A stretch of 64,000 nucleotides of DNA from NCBI GenBank assembly GCA_017516865.1, contig JAFXAU010000025.1, positions 57,971 to 121,970 on the forward strand, in the 5' to 3' direction. Every line of letters begins with the position of its first letter. The first letter of the stretch is position 1. Below the pieces are notes generated by a model, which worked only from the letters and a program-made list of their open reading frames with translations, made no database searches and was not told the origin of the DNA. Positions 45,512-56,026 of the stretch are shown here, piece by piece. The translations under genes were made by a program, and so were the position numbers. Origin of the DNA: Bacteroidales bacterium. GTDB taxonomy: Bacteria > Bacteroidota > Bacteroidia > Bacteroidales > UBA1715.

Positions 45512-46039
45512 ATGAGTCGGACGAGGGATACATATACGATTCCATTGCAGTCGCTGAAAGAAGGGGTGTTCGACGAGGTGCTGGAAATTGGCAAAGAGTT
45601 CATTGAAGCACAAAAAATGGAAGGAGTGTTCGACGCAGACGTTCACGCCAAAGTTCATTTTGTGAAGCAGAAAAATCTGCACACGCTGTCAATCGTAATG
45701 AAAGGAACTATTTCGGTGGCTTGCGACAGATGTTTGGACGTGTTTGCCCTGCCAATCGAAATGAGTCAGGATATGGTTGTGAAAGTTGGTGAAAAGAACG
45801 ACGAGCTTGCCGATGCGGAAAACGTGATAGTAATTGCTCCCGACGAGACTGAAATTGGTCTTTCGCCGATTCTCTACGAAATGATAATGCTCTCAATTCC
45901 ATTGAAAAAAGTGCATCCGAACGAAAAAGATTGTAACGCCGATGTAGTTTCTTATTTGAAACAATCGGCAAACAAGAAAACAAAACAAGAAACAACGGAT
46001 CCTAGATGGGATTCATTAAAAAATATGTTTAAAAATTAA
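45512..46039 (+). CDS. DUF177 / YceD-family protein
   Basis: CDRCL, YE.I.LSIP.KKVHP, DPRWDSLK; directly upstream of rpmF; ATG 45512. Confidence 0.9.
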   Translation: MSRTRDTYTIPLQSLKEGVFDEVLEIGKEFIEAQKMEGVFDADVHAKVHFVKQKNLHTLSIVMKGTISVACDRCLDVFALPIEMSQDMVVKVGEKNDELADAENVIVIAPDETEIGLSPILYEMIMLSIPLKKVHPNEKDCNADVVSYLKQSANKKTKQETTDPRWDSLKNMFKN

Positions 46040-46051
46040 AATAATAATAAG

Positions 46052-46246
46052 ATGGCACATCCTAAACGAAAAGTCTCGAAAACGAGAAGAGACAAAAGAC
46101 GTACACACGACAATGCAGTAATCCCAACATTGAGCAAATGCGCTACAACTGGTACTGTTCACCGTCGTCACACAGCTTACGAAGTAGAAGGTAATCTTTA
46201 CTACAACGGCAAATTGTTGGTAGAAAAACAACAAGCTGCTCAGTAA
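46052..46246 (+). CDS. rpmF: 50S ribosomal protein L32
   Basis: MAHPKRKVSKTRRDKRRTH. Confidence 0.97.
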   Translation: MAHPKRKVSKTRRDKRRTHDNAVIPTLSKCATTGTVHRRHTAYEVEGNLYYNGKLLVEKQQAAQ

Positions 46247-46272
46247 GAGTAAATCAAAAATATATTTTGCAG

Positions 46273-46312
46273 AACAAGGTATTCCTTATTTTGAGGAGTA
46301 CTCTTGTTTTTT
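46273..46312 (+). terminator. Intrinsic terminator after rpmF
   Basis: AACAAG.GTATTCCTT / GAGGAGTAC.CTTGTT followed by T run. Confidence 0.65.
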
Positions 46313-46370
46313 GTGTTTATATTAAACCAAAAAAGGAATAATTTCATAGATTTGTAAAAATAAAGTTACA

Positions 46371-47153
46371 ATGAAAAGTCTTTTCCGTCATTCGGTTGTA
46401 GTATTATCTCTTCTGACAATGCTTTCGTGTTCTTCGAGGGCTCAGGAAACGGGTTTAATGCAGCCGGCAGAAATGGCGGATTATGTTACGAATACTCCTT
46501 GCCAACTTATTGAGCATGTTGGATATACAGTTTGTTACAACATAAAATGGCATATTCCTAACTGGGTAGCGTATGAATTTACGTATGACGAAGTAAACGG
46601 CGACATTCCTCGTAAAGGGAATGACGTTTTTATGCACGACCCGCAGGCAAAAGGAACAATTGTAAATAAGTATGATTATTCAAAATCAGGATATGATAGG
46701 GGACACATGGCTCCAGCAGGAGATATGAAGTGGGACAAGAAAGCAATGACGGAAAGTTTTTACCTTTCGAACATTTGTCCGCAGACGCATAGTCTGAATG
46801 ATGGTGACTGGCGAATCTTGGAAGAGCGAATTCGTGCTTGGGTGCGAAAATATGGGACATTATACATTGTATGCGGACCATTGATTTCCGACAATCCCCA
46901 AACAATTGCAAACGGGAAAATTGCCGTTCCGTATGCTTTTTTTAAAGTCATACTTAGAAAAAAAGGCGACGGGTACGAGGCTATCGGGTTTGTGTTCAAA
47001 AACGATGAAACTCGTGGACCACTTTCTTCGTATGCGGTTTCGGTCGATTATGTGGAAGAACTTACAAAGATAGATTTCTTTTCTCCTTTGCCTGACGAGG
47101 CAGAAGAGCAGGCGGAATGCGATTTTAATCTCTCTTCATGGGGATTGAGGTAA
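46371..47153 (+). CDS. DNA/RNA non-specific endonuclease (NucA/EndoG type), lipoprotein
   Basis: Lipobox MLSC; PNWVAY, YDRGHMAP, FYLSNICPQ..LN.G.W..LE. Confidence 0.93.
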   Translation: MKSLFRHSVVVLSLLTMLSCSSRAQETGLMQPAEMADYVTNTPCQLIEHVGYTVCYNIKWHIPNWVAYEFTYDEVNGDIPRKGNDVFMHDPQAKGTIVNKYDYSKSGYDRGHMAPAGDMKWDKKAMTESFYLSNICPQTHSLNDGDWRILEERIRAWVRKYGTLYIVCGPLISDNPQTIANGKIAVPYAFFKVILRKKGDGYEAIGFVFKNDETRGPLSSYAVSVDYVEELTKIDFFSPLPDEAEEQAECDFNLSSWGLR

Positions 47154-47178
47154 CTCGAGATTTTCAGTCTTAAAATTT

Positions 47179-48156
47179 CTAATCCATGGGATATTTCACG
47201 CCCCATTCTTTGCGAAGCGAATCCATCTGGTGCATGACGGAAATCGTTTCGGCGTGTGGCATCATAGGTGATTCAAGCAAGCCCGCCTCTATGCTCCGAC
47301 GACTTTCCATCACTTGATATTCATAGCCAGAAATCATATCCGACGGTTTCTCATAGGTTGCCACTAGTGCATAATTGCGATAAACCTCAACCCGTTCGGG
47401 ACAGTTCACATTGTCAATTCTAATATAGCCCTCTGTGCCGCTGATAACGCCTTGACGGTCGTTGAGACAGCGCGCGCCAGCCTGTAGATTCGCCATTTTG
47501 CCGTCGGCGTAACTCAACGAAATACTTTCCTGCATATCCATTCCCGTTGCTCCCAACTGACAGTTCGTGACCGTTTTCACTATATCGCTACCGAAATACA
47601 TTCGTGCAAAATTCAGCACATACACGCCCACGTCGAGCAACGCTCCGCCGCACAATGCTGGATTGGTGATTCTTTCTTTGTCTTCCAACGGATAGCACAA
47701 ACTTGCCGAAAGCAAACGAGGTTCCCCAATCGCTCCGCCATCAAGAAGTTCTTTAATCTTATGTGACAGAGGCATATAGCGTGTCCAAATTGCTTCGGTT
47801 ACGAATACTCCTTTTGATTCCGCAAGTTGCAACAATTCAGCTGCTTCGCGGGCATTGGCCGTAAACGCTTTCTCCACAAGACACGGTTTCCCGTGTTCAA
47901 CGGCCAGTTTCGTATGCTGAAAGTGATGCGAGTGTGGTGTAGCCACGTAAATCAAATCTATGTCATTGTCGCGAACCAATTCTTCGTAAGAGCCGTATGC
48001 TTTTTCAATATTAAACTTTGCTGCAAACAACCGAGCTCTTTCAATTGAGCGAGAGGCAATCGCAGATATTTCATATCCATTCATTCTTGATACTGTCTCC
48101 GCCATTTTCTCGGCAATCCAGCCTGCTCCAATTATTCCTATTTTGAATGTGTCCAT
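47179..48156 (-). CDS. Gfo/Idh/MocA oxidoreductase
   Basis: GIIGAGWIA, YVATPHSHH, EKAF, GGALLDVGVY. Confidence 0.92.
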   Translation of the reverse strand: MDTFKIGIIGAGWIAEKMAETVSRMNGYEISAIASRSIERARLFAAKFNIEKAYGSYEELVRDNDIDLIYVATPHSHHFQHTKLAVEHGKPCLVEKAFTANAREAAELLQLAESKGVFVTEAIWTRYMPLSHKIKELLDGGAIGEPRLLSASLCYPLEDKERITNPALCGGALLDVGVYVLNFARMYFGSDIVKTVTNCQLGATGMDMQESISLSYADGKMANLQAGARCLNDRQGVISGTEGYIRIDNVNCPERVEVYRNYALVATYEKPSDMISGYEYQVMESRRSIEAGLLESPMMPHAETISVMHQMDSLRKEWGVKYPMD

Positions 48157-48208
48157 GTTCGTATAATCTGTTTTATTTATTATATGGCTTTGACATGTTT
48201 TGTCTCCC

Positions 48209-49330
48209 TTATTTCAATAATGCCCGGAATTTCTCTGTAAGAATATTCCACGCATATTTTTTCTTTTCATCGCGAATGTTTTCTGTCATTTTTATGGCAT
48301 TGTCGGAAGCGAAGAATTTCACAATGGCGTTTGCCAGTGCGTGGCTGTTCGGTTCCACGACGTAGCCCACTTTCTCGTCGGGAATGATTTCTGCCAAACC
48401 GCCCACGTTGGTCACAATCATAGGTTTTTCAAAATGATAGCCCACCTGCGTCACACCCGACTGCGTGGCTGATTTATATGGCTGGACAATTACATCGGCG
48501 GCACAGAAATAATTGTTGACTTCGTTGTCGGGAATGTATTCCGAAAACCACGTAATATTTTGTATGCCAAGATGTTCGGTGAGTTTCTTATATTTTTCTT
48601 CGTTGCTGTAAAATTCCCCTGCCACGAGCAAATGAATGTTAGAGAACTTGATTCGCTCGTTTGCCATTGCGTGGAGCAGCAAATCCAAACCTTTGTATTC
48701 GCGAATGAAACCGAAAAACAAAATATACCGTTTGTCAGGATTTAAGCCAAGATGCCGACACGCCTGTTCTTTACTGATTAGCGCACCGTAGGTGTCGTAA
48801 ATTGGATGTGGCGACCACGATTTTGGTTTTGGTTTGCGTTCAAACAATTCAATTTCCTTAAAAACTGATTGCGACAAGGTGAAAAATCCGTCCATTGCGT
48901 TCACAAAATATGGAGCAAGAATTTTGTCTAGAATCGATGGCTCATGTGCTATCATGTTATGAATCAATCCGATACATTTTGCGTTACATCGCCGTTTCAA
49001 CACACGTGCGATAGTGCCGAAACATGGAGCCATAAACGACATCCAATAGGCGAAAATCACCACGTCGGGGTTTTGTTTAGCAATTGCCTTTGCCGTTTTT
49101 CGCCAGTTGAACGGGTTCACGGAATGAACCGAGCGGTTAATTTTCAAGTCGGGAGCGGTTCCGTTGGAATATTGCGTCTTCCCCGGGAACAAAAAGTTCG
49201 GATATTGCAGCGTGAATGTTTCAATGGAAATATCTTCGCCTTCCTTTTGAAACTCAATGGCAAGCCGTTCGTTGAAGGCGGCCAGGCCACCACGATACGG
49301 GAATGCAGTACCGACCAAAACTATCTTCAT
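48209..49330 (-). CDS. GT4 glycosyltransferase
   Basis: PYRGG, FFGFIREYKG.D.L, PYKSATQSGV, VGGLAE. Confidence 0.92.
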   Translation of the reverse strand: MKIVLVGTAFPYRGGLAAFNERLAIEFQKEGEDISIETFTLQYPNFLFPGKTQYSNGTAPDLKINRSVHSVNPFNWRKTAKAIAKQNPDVVIFAYWMSFMAPCFGTIARVLKRRCNAKCIGLIHNMIAHEPSILDKILAPYFVNAMDGFFTLSQSVFKEIELFERKPKPKSWSPHPIYDTYGALISKEQACRHLGLNPDKRYILFFGFIREYKGLDLLLHAMANERIKFSNIHLLVAGEFYSNEEKYKKLTEHLGIQNITWFSEYIPDNEVNNYFCAADVIVQPYKSATQSGVTQVGYHFEKPMIVTNVGGLAEIIPDEKVGYVVEPNSHALANAIVKFFASDNAIKMTENIRDEKKKYAWNILTEKFRALLK

Positions 49331-49869
49331 TATTTGTCCTCCCGTTTATTTGTATTCATACTAAACTCGCAAGCACAATAGCATTGGCGGTACAAATCTA
49401 ATTCTTTGCTCAGTTCAATGCTTCGTTTGTAGCCGTCTTTTTTCTTAAAATCATAGTGCGTGTAACCCTTGAATTGTTCGCCAATGGCTTGTATCACATT
49501 TGAATTTTTATGCGGACTGATGGTTAATGTTGTCGCAAAGTGTTCAAAACCAAGTTCTTCGGCCTTTTGTGCCGTGGCAGAAAGCAATGTCTTGAAGCAC
49601 GCATGGCAACGAAGACCGCCTTCCTTTTCGTGTTCCAGACCAGCCACATTTTTAAGCCAGAAATCATGGTTGTAGTCACCAACAATCAGTTCCACGCCAA
49701 AGTGTTTGGCAAGTTTTTCCACGTACAATTTTCGTTTTTCCCATTCTTCTTTCGGATAAATGTTGGGCATAAAATAGTAAAGTGTCAAGTCCCATTCTTC
49801 GGCAAGCAGCCGTTCCACCGACGCCGAGCCGCACGGAGCACAACAGATATGAAGAAGAATTTTTTTCAT
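49330..49869 (-). CDS. queH: Epoxyqueuosine reductase QueH
   Basis: LLHICCAPC, PNIYP, RCHACF, TTL.ISPHK, YRQCYCAC.FS. Confidence 0.92.
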   Translation of the reverse strand: MKKILLHICCAPCGSASVERLLAEEWDLTLYYFMPNIYPKEEWEKRKLYVEKLAKHFGVELIVGDYNHDFWLKNVAGLEHEKEGGLRCHACFKTLLSATAQKAEELGFEHFATTLTISPHKNSNVIQAIGEQFKGYTHYDFKKKDGYKRSIELSKELDLYRQCYCACEFSMNTNKREDK

Positions 49870-49985
49870 GTAACCGAAGGTTCAACTATTTATCGAATAC
49901 AAATTTCTGACAATTTTTTGGACAAAGTAATAAAAAATGTCAAGAAAAGCGGAAGAATAAAAAAATAATCAAACCACACTCGTAC

Positions 49986-50010
49986 AGTATTAAAAATAAT
50001 ACTATATTTG
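49986..50010 (+). promoter_or_regulatory. hicAB promoter -7 box with abutting palindromic operator
   Basis: AGTATTA-AAAA-TAATACT (49986-50003) overlapping TATATTTG (50003-50010). Confidence 0.7.
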
Positions 50011-50030
50011 CCGTACACATTTCTAATTTC

Positions 50031-50225
50031 ATGAAACGCTATAAGGTAAGGGAAGTGATAGATTTTCTAACTCGTGACGGCTGGATTCTGCAATATTGGA
50101 AGGGCGACCACCGCCAGTATAAGCATCCGACAAAGAAAGGAAAAGTAACCGTAAAGGGGAAATTGTCGGATAATTTAAGTCAAGAATTGTTGAACAGTAT
50201 ATGGAAACAGGCAGGATGGAAATGA
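50031..50225 (+). CDS. hicA: HicA-family toxin
   Basis: L.RDGW...KGDHRQYKHPTKKGKVTV...LNSIWKQAGW. Confidence 0.93.
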   Translation: MKRYKVREVIDFLTRDGWILQYWKGDHRQYKHPTKKGKVTVKGKLSDNLSQELLNSIWKQAGWK

Positions 50226-50635
50226 AAAAAATTTTAGTACATATTGACTGGTGTGATAAGAATTATGGTGCAGTAACTGATTGTAAAGAACTTATGGGTG
50301 TTGTAGCCGTAACGGACAAGACAATGCTTGGTTTGAAATCCTCGTTGCTGGAATCTATTGATTTTCACATAGATGGATTGGTTAATGATGGAGAACATAT
50401 TCCCGAATGGCTTGCGACCAAGAATTTCGAAATCGTGTATGATTACACGTTGAGCGCTATTTTACAAGAGTCACAGCGATTTACTACATTGGCTGCCATC
50501 AGCAGGGCTACAGGAATCAAGCATGCACAATTGTCGCATTACGCCAATGCAGTTTGTCGTCCTCGTCCAGCACAACGCAAAAAAGTAATCGACGGACTGC
50601 ACTCCATCGGTCAGAAATGTCTTTCGCTTGGGTAA
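50222..50635 (+). CDS. hicB: HicB-family antitoxin with C-terminal HTH
   Basis: ATGA overlap with hicA; NYGA, IDFHIDG..DG..IPEW, AAISRATGI...LSHYA. Confidence 0.88.
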   Translation: MKKILVHIDWCDKNYGAVTDCKELMGVVAVTDKTMLGLKSSLLESIDFHIDGLVNDGEHIPEWLATKNFEIVYDYTLSAILQESQRFTTLAAISRATGIKHAQLSHYANAVCRPRPAQRKKVIDGLHSIGQKCLSLG

Positions 50636-50664
50636 TTACGAATTTATATAACTCATATCTCGTC

Positions 50665-52374
50665 TTACCCTTCGTGCATCATCCTGTGAATCATCGGAGA
50701 AAGCAGGAAGAGCAGAATGCTTGCGACCAATGCGGCAAGTCCTACGTTCACAAACACGTTGGTATAACGGAGCAAATTCACCACCGAAACTTTTTCTTCG
50801 TCGGAGATTGTCTGCAACGTTTCTTCCGAAACGTAATTCTTGTTTAATGCGGTTTGCAATGCCTGTTGCGAGTTTTCGCCTGCAAGTATGGCGGTATACG
50901 ACGCCGTCGATTCATCTATGGTTTCAGTGTTTTCCGAATTGTCGGCAATTTCGTAGCTGCTTTCGTCGGTGGTCAGATTTGCAATCCAGCCGCCAACCTG
51001 AAATGCCAGCGACGATGACAAATACCACGCCCCAATCACCATTCCCACGATTTTGGGCGGAGCCAGCCGCGAAACCATCGAAAGCCCTATGGGCGACAGG
51101 CACAATTCTCCCAACGTCTGGAACATATAACTTAGAACCAAGAAAATAGCCGGCACTGCGGCGATTTTTAGCATTGTGTTGTTTTCGGCAATCGTTTCAA
51201 ACGAAAGGAAACGCGGAGCCAAGCCCAGCAGCAAAAATCCTATGCTGAGCAATAAAATACCCATAGCAAATTTTATTGGCGTCGAAGGTTCTTTCTTCCG
51301 CTGTGCAAGCTGCATCCACAAGATTGAAAGTGGCGAGGCAAAAATCAAGATGAACATTGGATTTACCGACTGGAACAACGACGCGGGAATGACGCTTCCG
51401 AAGAAATTTCGGTTCACGTTTTCGCTTGCGTACAACGTGAGCGATGAGCCTGCCTGCTCAAAGAATGTCCAGAATAAAGTAATGAACAACAGTAAGATAA
51501 GTATGACAAACAATCTGTCGCGTTCAACTTTTTCGCTACGCAACGCTATCACAAATATGAATCCGAGAATTGCCAGCGAAAGTGGGAAGATAACGTAACT
51601 CATTATTTCATAATGCTTTACAAGCAAGGATATTCCAAACGTGCTGATGACGCATAGTGCGTAAATCCAAATTTCTTTCGACAATCCACAGAATTTCTGT
51701 GCAAGGGATTCTTTGTCGGGCACACCGCCAAGAGGGCGGTATTCCAATGTTTTTTCTCCCGTTTCGGCATTGATATTTTCGTGATAATCAATGATATGAC
51801 CAAATTTCAAGAAGATGAACAATCCCGCCAACATTCCAATTCCCGCAATGGTGAATCCATAGTGCCAACCGTAGGTTTCGCCCACAATTCCGCAGAGAAT
51901 CGGCGAGAAAAACGCACCAAGGTTCACGCTCATATAATAAATGGTGAATCCGCCGTCGCGACGAGGGTCGTTTTCTTCGTAAAGGCCGCTCAGAATTATT
52001 GGCATATTTGGCTTGAAAAACCCGTTGCCGACAATCAGAAACGAAAGAGCGAGATACAGGAACATTTCGTTCTCAATCGCCATCAAAAAATGACCGATTG
52101 CCATCATAATTGCTCCCCAAATTACGGCTTTTCGGTGACCGAGGAACTTGTCGGCAATCAGCCCGCCAATAAATGGTGACGCATACACCAACGAGCCGTA
52201 GGCGGCAAAAATGCCGTATGCCACGGTTTTCGACGTTTCAAGATTTTGAAATAATTGCTGGATTAAGTACAGCACCAACAACGCACGCATGCCGTAGTAA
52301 CTGAACCGTTCCCACATTTCGGTGAAGAACAGCACTATAAGGGCGCGAGGTTGTTTCATATTTATCGGTTTCAT
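50665..52374 (-). CDS. POT/PTR proton-dependent oligopeptide transporter
   Basis: FFTEMWERFSYYGM, GNGFFKPN, YMSVNLG, EQAGS, FQSVNP, GELCLSPIGLS. Confidence 0.95.
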   Translation of the reverse strand: MKPINMKQPRALIVLFFTEMWERFSYYGMRALLVLYLIQQLFQNLETSKTVAYGIFAAYGSLVYASPFIGGLIADKFLGHRKAVIWGAIMMAIGHFLMAIENEMFLYLALSFLIVGNGFFKPNMPIILSGLYEENDPRRDGGFTIYYMSVNLGAFFSPILCGIVGETYGWHYGFTIAGIGMLAGLFIFLKFGHIIDYHENINAETGEKTLEYRPLGGVPDKESLAQKFCGLSKEIWIYALCVISTFGISLLVKHYEIMSYVIFPLSLAILGFIFVIALRSEKVERDRLFVILILLLFITLFWTFFEQAGSSLTLYASENVNRNFFGSVIPASLFQSVNPMFILIFASPLSILWMQLAQRKKEPSTPIKFAMGILLLSIGFLLLGLAPRFLSFETIAENNTMLKIAAVPAIFLVLSYMFQTLGELCLSPIGLSMVSRLAPPKIVGMVIGAWYLSSSLAFQVGGWIANLTTDESSYEIADNSENTETIDESTASYTAILAGENSQQALQTALNKNYVSEETLQTISDEEKVSVVNLLRYTNVFVNVGLAALVASILLFLLSPMIHRMMHEG

Positions 52375-52376
52375 TT

Positions 52377-53408
52377 CTAATATGTTATCGTTGCCGTTGA
52401 TTCGCTCACGTCAATGCTGACGGTGCGACCCAAGTATGTTGCAAGATTTTTGTCCTCGTGACCCATATTCATTCCATAGATGATAGGAATGTTGAGATCG
52501 TCAAAATAATTATGAATAATTTCGTCGATTGGTCGGTCGTTGCCTTGCGATGTGCTGAAATCGCCGACAATCACGCCTTTCAAACCGTCCAATTTTCCGC
52601 TCAACTTCAAGTTTGCCAACATTCTGTCTATTGCATAATTGGCTTCCCCAGTGTCTTCAATCAGAAGAATGGCATTTTTCGCATTCAAGTCGAACAATGT
52701 TCCGCCCATGCTGTACATCAACGACAGATTTCCGCCGACCAAGCGGCCTTCTGCCTTGCCTTGTACACAGTTTGTATTTGTTTTTATGCTGTGATTTTTC
52801 AATTCTCCGAATAATGCTTTACGCAAACTTTCGTCGCTGTCGTTGTCGCCAAATGTCTTGACCATTGGTCCATGAATAGTTTCGTAGCCCATATTGTTCA
52901 ATGCGATGTGCATGCCTGTCACGTCGCTGTAACCGACAATCCATTTCGGATGCGATTTCATTGGTGAAAAATCGATGTACGAAAGCACTTGGGCAACGCC
53001 ATATCCGCCACGTGCGGCTATGAGAGCCTTAATGTTCGGATTGTCAATCAACTTTTGGAATCCGTCAATTCTTTCGCTCATTGTTCCTGCATAGCGACCG
53101 TCTTTATTGTAAAGATTGCTGGCTTCAACAACTACCAATCCCCAACTTTTCAGTTTTGCAATGCCATTTGCCAAATCACTTTGTGTAACGGCATTCGACA
53201 GTGCAAACACTCCAACGGTATCGCCCGCCTTCAGGTAATCGGGACGAATGTCGTCGGTCACTTCCTGCTGATTGTTCAGCACAGTTTGGTAGTAATAACT
53301 CGTGTAAATACTATCAACGTTGGTCACATACGTATTGTAGTAGTTGTATTCTTTTTTACAGCCGCATACGGCAGTAAGAATCAGTAAAAATGGCAGAATT
53401 CGCTTCAT
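52377..53408 (-). CDS. S66 LD-carboxypeptidase with lipoprotein signal peptide
   Basis: Lipobox VCGC; RGGYG, GYSD, HGPM, GGNL, IED, GH catalytic motifs. Confidence 0.9.
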   Translation of the reverse strand: MKRILPFLLILTAVCGCKKEYNYYNTYVTNVDSIYTSYYYQTVLNNQQEVTDDIRPDYLKAGDTVGVFALSNAVTQSDLANGIAKLKSWGLVVVEASNLYNKDGRYAGTMSERIDGFQKLIDNPNIKALIAARGGYGVAQVLSYIDFSPMKSHPKWIVGYSDVTGMHIALNNMGYETIHGPMVKTFGDNDSDESLRKALFGELKNHSIKTNTNCVQGKAEGRLVGGNLSLMYSMGGTLFDLNAKNAILLIEDTGEANYAIDRMLANLKLSGKLDGLKGVIVGDFSTSQGNDRPIDEIIHNYFDDLNIPIIYGMNMGHEDKNLATYLGRTVSIDVSESTATITY

Positions 53409-53437
53409 AATGATATTTTTTAATTTTTATCTTTTAC

Positions 53438-54454
53438 TTAAAACAGGCTTCCTTGTTTTTCTTGTGGCAATCGTCCTAAATGTCTGTATGCGAGCGGTGT
53501 AACTTCGCGACCTCGCGGAGTCCGTTGCAGAAAGCCTTCTTTAATCAAGAACGGTTCATACACTTCCTCTATCGTCCCAGAATCCTCGCCTACGGCGGTT
53601 GCAATGGTATTTACGCCGACAGGTCCTCCGTTGAATTTGTCTATAATGGTACAAAGAATCTTGTTGTCCATTTCGTCGAGACCGTATTTGTCGATGTTCA
53701 AGGCTTCCAAGCCGAATTGTGTTATTTCTGGGGTGATTTTTCCTGAACCTTTCACTTGTGCGAAATCTCTGATGCGTCGGAGTAGTGCGTTCGCAATACG
53801 TGGCGTGCCGCGGCTTCGCGAAGCAATTTCCTTTGCTGCCTGCGTTTCAATGTGAATGCCGAGAATGCCTGCGGAACGAATGATTATTTTTGTAAGCAAA
53901 TCAACGTCGTAATATTCAAAAAGGCAGTTTATGCCGAATCGAGCGCGGAGCGGACTTGTAAGAAGTCCCGAACGCGTTGTGGCACCAATGAGCGTGAATG
54001 GTGCGAGCGACAATTGTACCGAACGTGCCGCCGGACCTTTGTCTATCATAATGTCTATGCGAAAATCTTCCATTGCGGAATACAGATATTCTTCCACAAC
54101 GGGCGAAAGGCGGTGGATTTCGTCAATAAACAGCACGTCGTTTTCTTCGAGACTTGTGAGTAGTCCAGCCAAGTCGCCAGGTTTGTCAAGAACGGGTCCC
54201 GATGTTACTTTGAAGTTTACGCCAAGTTCGTTGGCAATAATGTTCGACAGAGTTGTCTTTCCCAATCCTGGAGGGCCATGAAGCAAAACATGGTCTAACG
54301 ATTCTCCTCGCATTTTTGCAGCGGCGACGAAAATTCTAAGGTTTTCTACAACCTTCTGCTGACCTGTGAAGTCGTCAAAATCCAACGGACGAAGTTTCTT
54401 TTCGAATTCACTGTCCTTGTTCGATATATGTTCAGGGTCAAGATTTGTATTCAT
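53438..54454 (-). CDS. ruvB: Holliday junction helicase RuvB
   Basis: [32 protein letters not shown]. Confidence 0.98.
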   Translation of the reverse strand: MNTNLDPEHISNKDSEFEKKLRPLDFDDFTGQQKVVENLRIFVAAAKMRGESLDHVLLHGPPGLGKTTLSNIIANELGVNFKVTSGPVLDKPGDLAGLLTSLEENDVLFIDEIHRLSPVVEEYLYSAMEDFRIDIMIDKGPAARSVQLSLAPFTLIGATTRSGLLTSPLRARFGINCLFEYYDVDLLTKIIIRSAGILGIHIETQAAKEIASRSRGTPRIANALLRRIRDFAQVKGSGKITPEITQFGLEALNIDKYGLDEMDNKILCTIIDKFNGGPVGVNTIATAVGEDSGTIEEVYEPFLIKEGFLQRTPRGREVTPLAYRHLGRLPQEKQGSLF

Positions 54455-54485
54455 TTTCGCTGTTTTTGCAAAGATATAAAAAACA

Positions 54486-56021
54486 CTATTTTGACGGTGC
54501 TACAATTCTATTTTCTTGTCCGTCTTTGTAATAGACGGAATATTTGAGATTTCCGTTTTCGTTATAATAATTCCATGTTTTTACTGCCTTGCCGTGTTTC
54601 CATTGCTCGTTGTGTTCCACTTGACCATTTTGGTAGTAATAATAATGTTTCCCGTTAGGTTTTCCCGAAAAATACTCTCCTTTGAACGCTTTGTGTCCGT
54701 TGAGGTACGAACTTTTCCACACGCCGAATTTCTCTCCATATTCGTAGTTCCCTTCCGAAACCAAATCGCCGACTGTGATTTTCCAAATGCCCTGTTGACG
54801 GTCGTCTTTGTACATTCCTTCGCTCACAACGTTGCCTTCTTCGTCATATTCCATACTTAGGCCATTGCGTTGTCCTATTTCGTATTCTTCGCGTTTGATT
54901 ACGTCGCCAGATTCGTTGTAAAACTCCCATGTCCCCGAATAGAGTCCGTTGCTGAAAGCTCCTTGCTGTTTAATTGTTTCGTCGGGGTAGAAAAATTTCC
55001 ATACGCCTGATTTTTGTCCTTGAGAATACATTCCTTCGGATTCTATTTTCCCCGATGGATAGAAGAATATCCATTTTCCCGTTTTGTCGCCATTTTCGAG
55101 TGTGATTCCTTGTCCTACAAGTTTCCCTTGCGTGTCGTACAGTTCTCCATCGACGATAGAACCGTTTTTGTCGTAGTGGCGATGGATTCCGATAGGTGTT
55201 TTGTCGCGGTAGCCGCCTTTAAATTTTAGTGTGGAATCAGGATAATATTCTTTTTTCTCAAATGGGTCTTCGAATTCGTCCATTGTGGAACTGGAAGACA
55301 TAAGACTATCGTTTTGGTATTCGCCCACCTGAATGAGTTGCTCGTGCTGGTTATAGAGCTTATATTTCCCATTCAGTTTTCCTTTGTCGTAGTAGGCTTC
55401 GCTTTTCATTGCACCGTTGGAGTAGAAACTGACGTGCTGTCCAGTTTTCAGTCCCAACGAATCGGTTCTGTTGATTGATTGGCTGGAAATGAGCCTGTCA
55501 TTTTCAAAAATCAAGATTGTGGTGACGATTCCGTCGGTATATTCATATCCCTTTCCTTCTTTTTTGTTGTTCACGAACGGAATATCTTTGATTAGCTCGC
55601 CGTTTTTCGAAAAATATTGCTCGTTTCCTTGTTTTTGGTCGTTCACGTAAAGTACGCTTAGACTGAGAAACGACGTGCTGTCGGAGGTATATTCTTTGTA
55701 AAATCCGTTTTTGTGATTGTCGAGATACGAGATTTCCTTTTGCAAATTTCCTTGTTCGTCGAAAAAGCACCATATGCTGTCGAGTTGGAAATTCGTGCGT
55801 TTCCCGACAGATTTGAGTGTCCCGTTTGGATAATACGATTTCCAATAGCCGTCGGGTTGGCCATTTACAAGATAGCCTTCCGACGAAACAGTCCCGTCGG
55901 GGTAATAGTAGCGGGTTAATTCTTGTGACGAGCTGGAATTTATTCCCAAAACTACAGAAAGTAAAACGGCAAGAAAAACACGTTTTTCTGTAAGTGTACT
56001 ATGTTTTGCCGTCTTTGTCAT
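54486..56021 (-). CDS. Secreted MORN-variant repeat protein
   Basis: Signal-like N-terminus, many G.W..YY..G....EG.Y..G repeats. Confidence 0.85.
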   Translation of the reverse strand: MTKTAKHSTLTEKRVFLAVLLSVVLGINSSSSQELTRYYYPDGTVSSEGYLVNGQPDGYWKSYYPNGTLKSVGKRTNFQLDSIWCFFDEQGNLQKEISYLDNHKNGFYKEYTSDSTSFLSLSVLYVNDQKQGNEQYFSKNGELIKDIPFVNNKKEGKGYEYTDGIVTTILIFENDRLISSQSINRTDSLGLKTGQHVSFYSNGAMKSEAYYDKGKLNGKYKLYNQHEQLIQVGEYQNDSLMSSSSTMDEFEDPFEKKEYYPDSTLKFKGGYRDKTPIGIHRHYDKNGSIVDGELYDTQGKLVGQGITLENGDKTGKWIFFYPSGKIESEGMYSQGQKSGVWKFFYPDETIKQQGAFSNGLYSGTWEFYNESGDVIKREEYEIGQRNGLSMEYDEEGNVVSEGMYKDDRQQGIWKITVGDLVSEGNYEYGEKFGVWKSSYLNGHKAFKGEYFSGKPNGKHYYYYQNGQVEHNEQWKHGKAVKTWNYYNENGNLKYSVYYKDGQENRIVAPSK

Positions 56022-56026
56022 AGTGT

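Noticed and set aside
49870-49950. preQ1 riboswitch upstream of queH
   Set aside because: No preQ1-I stem/loop signature with A-rich tail on the minus strand; only an AT-rich imperfect inverted repeat
54486-56021. YwqK-type antitoxin
   Set aside because: Generic MORN-variant repeats with an export signal, in a nadA-ruvB housekeeping context with no toxin neighbour
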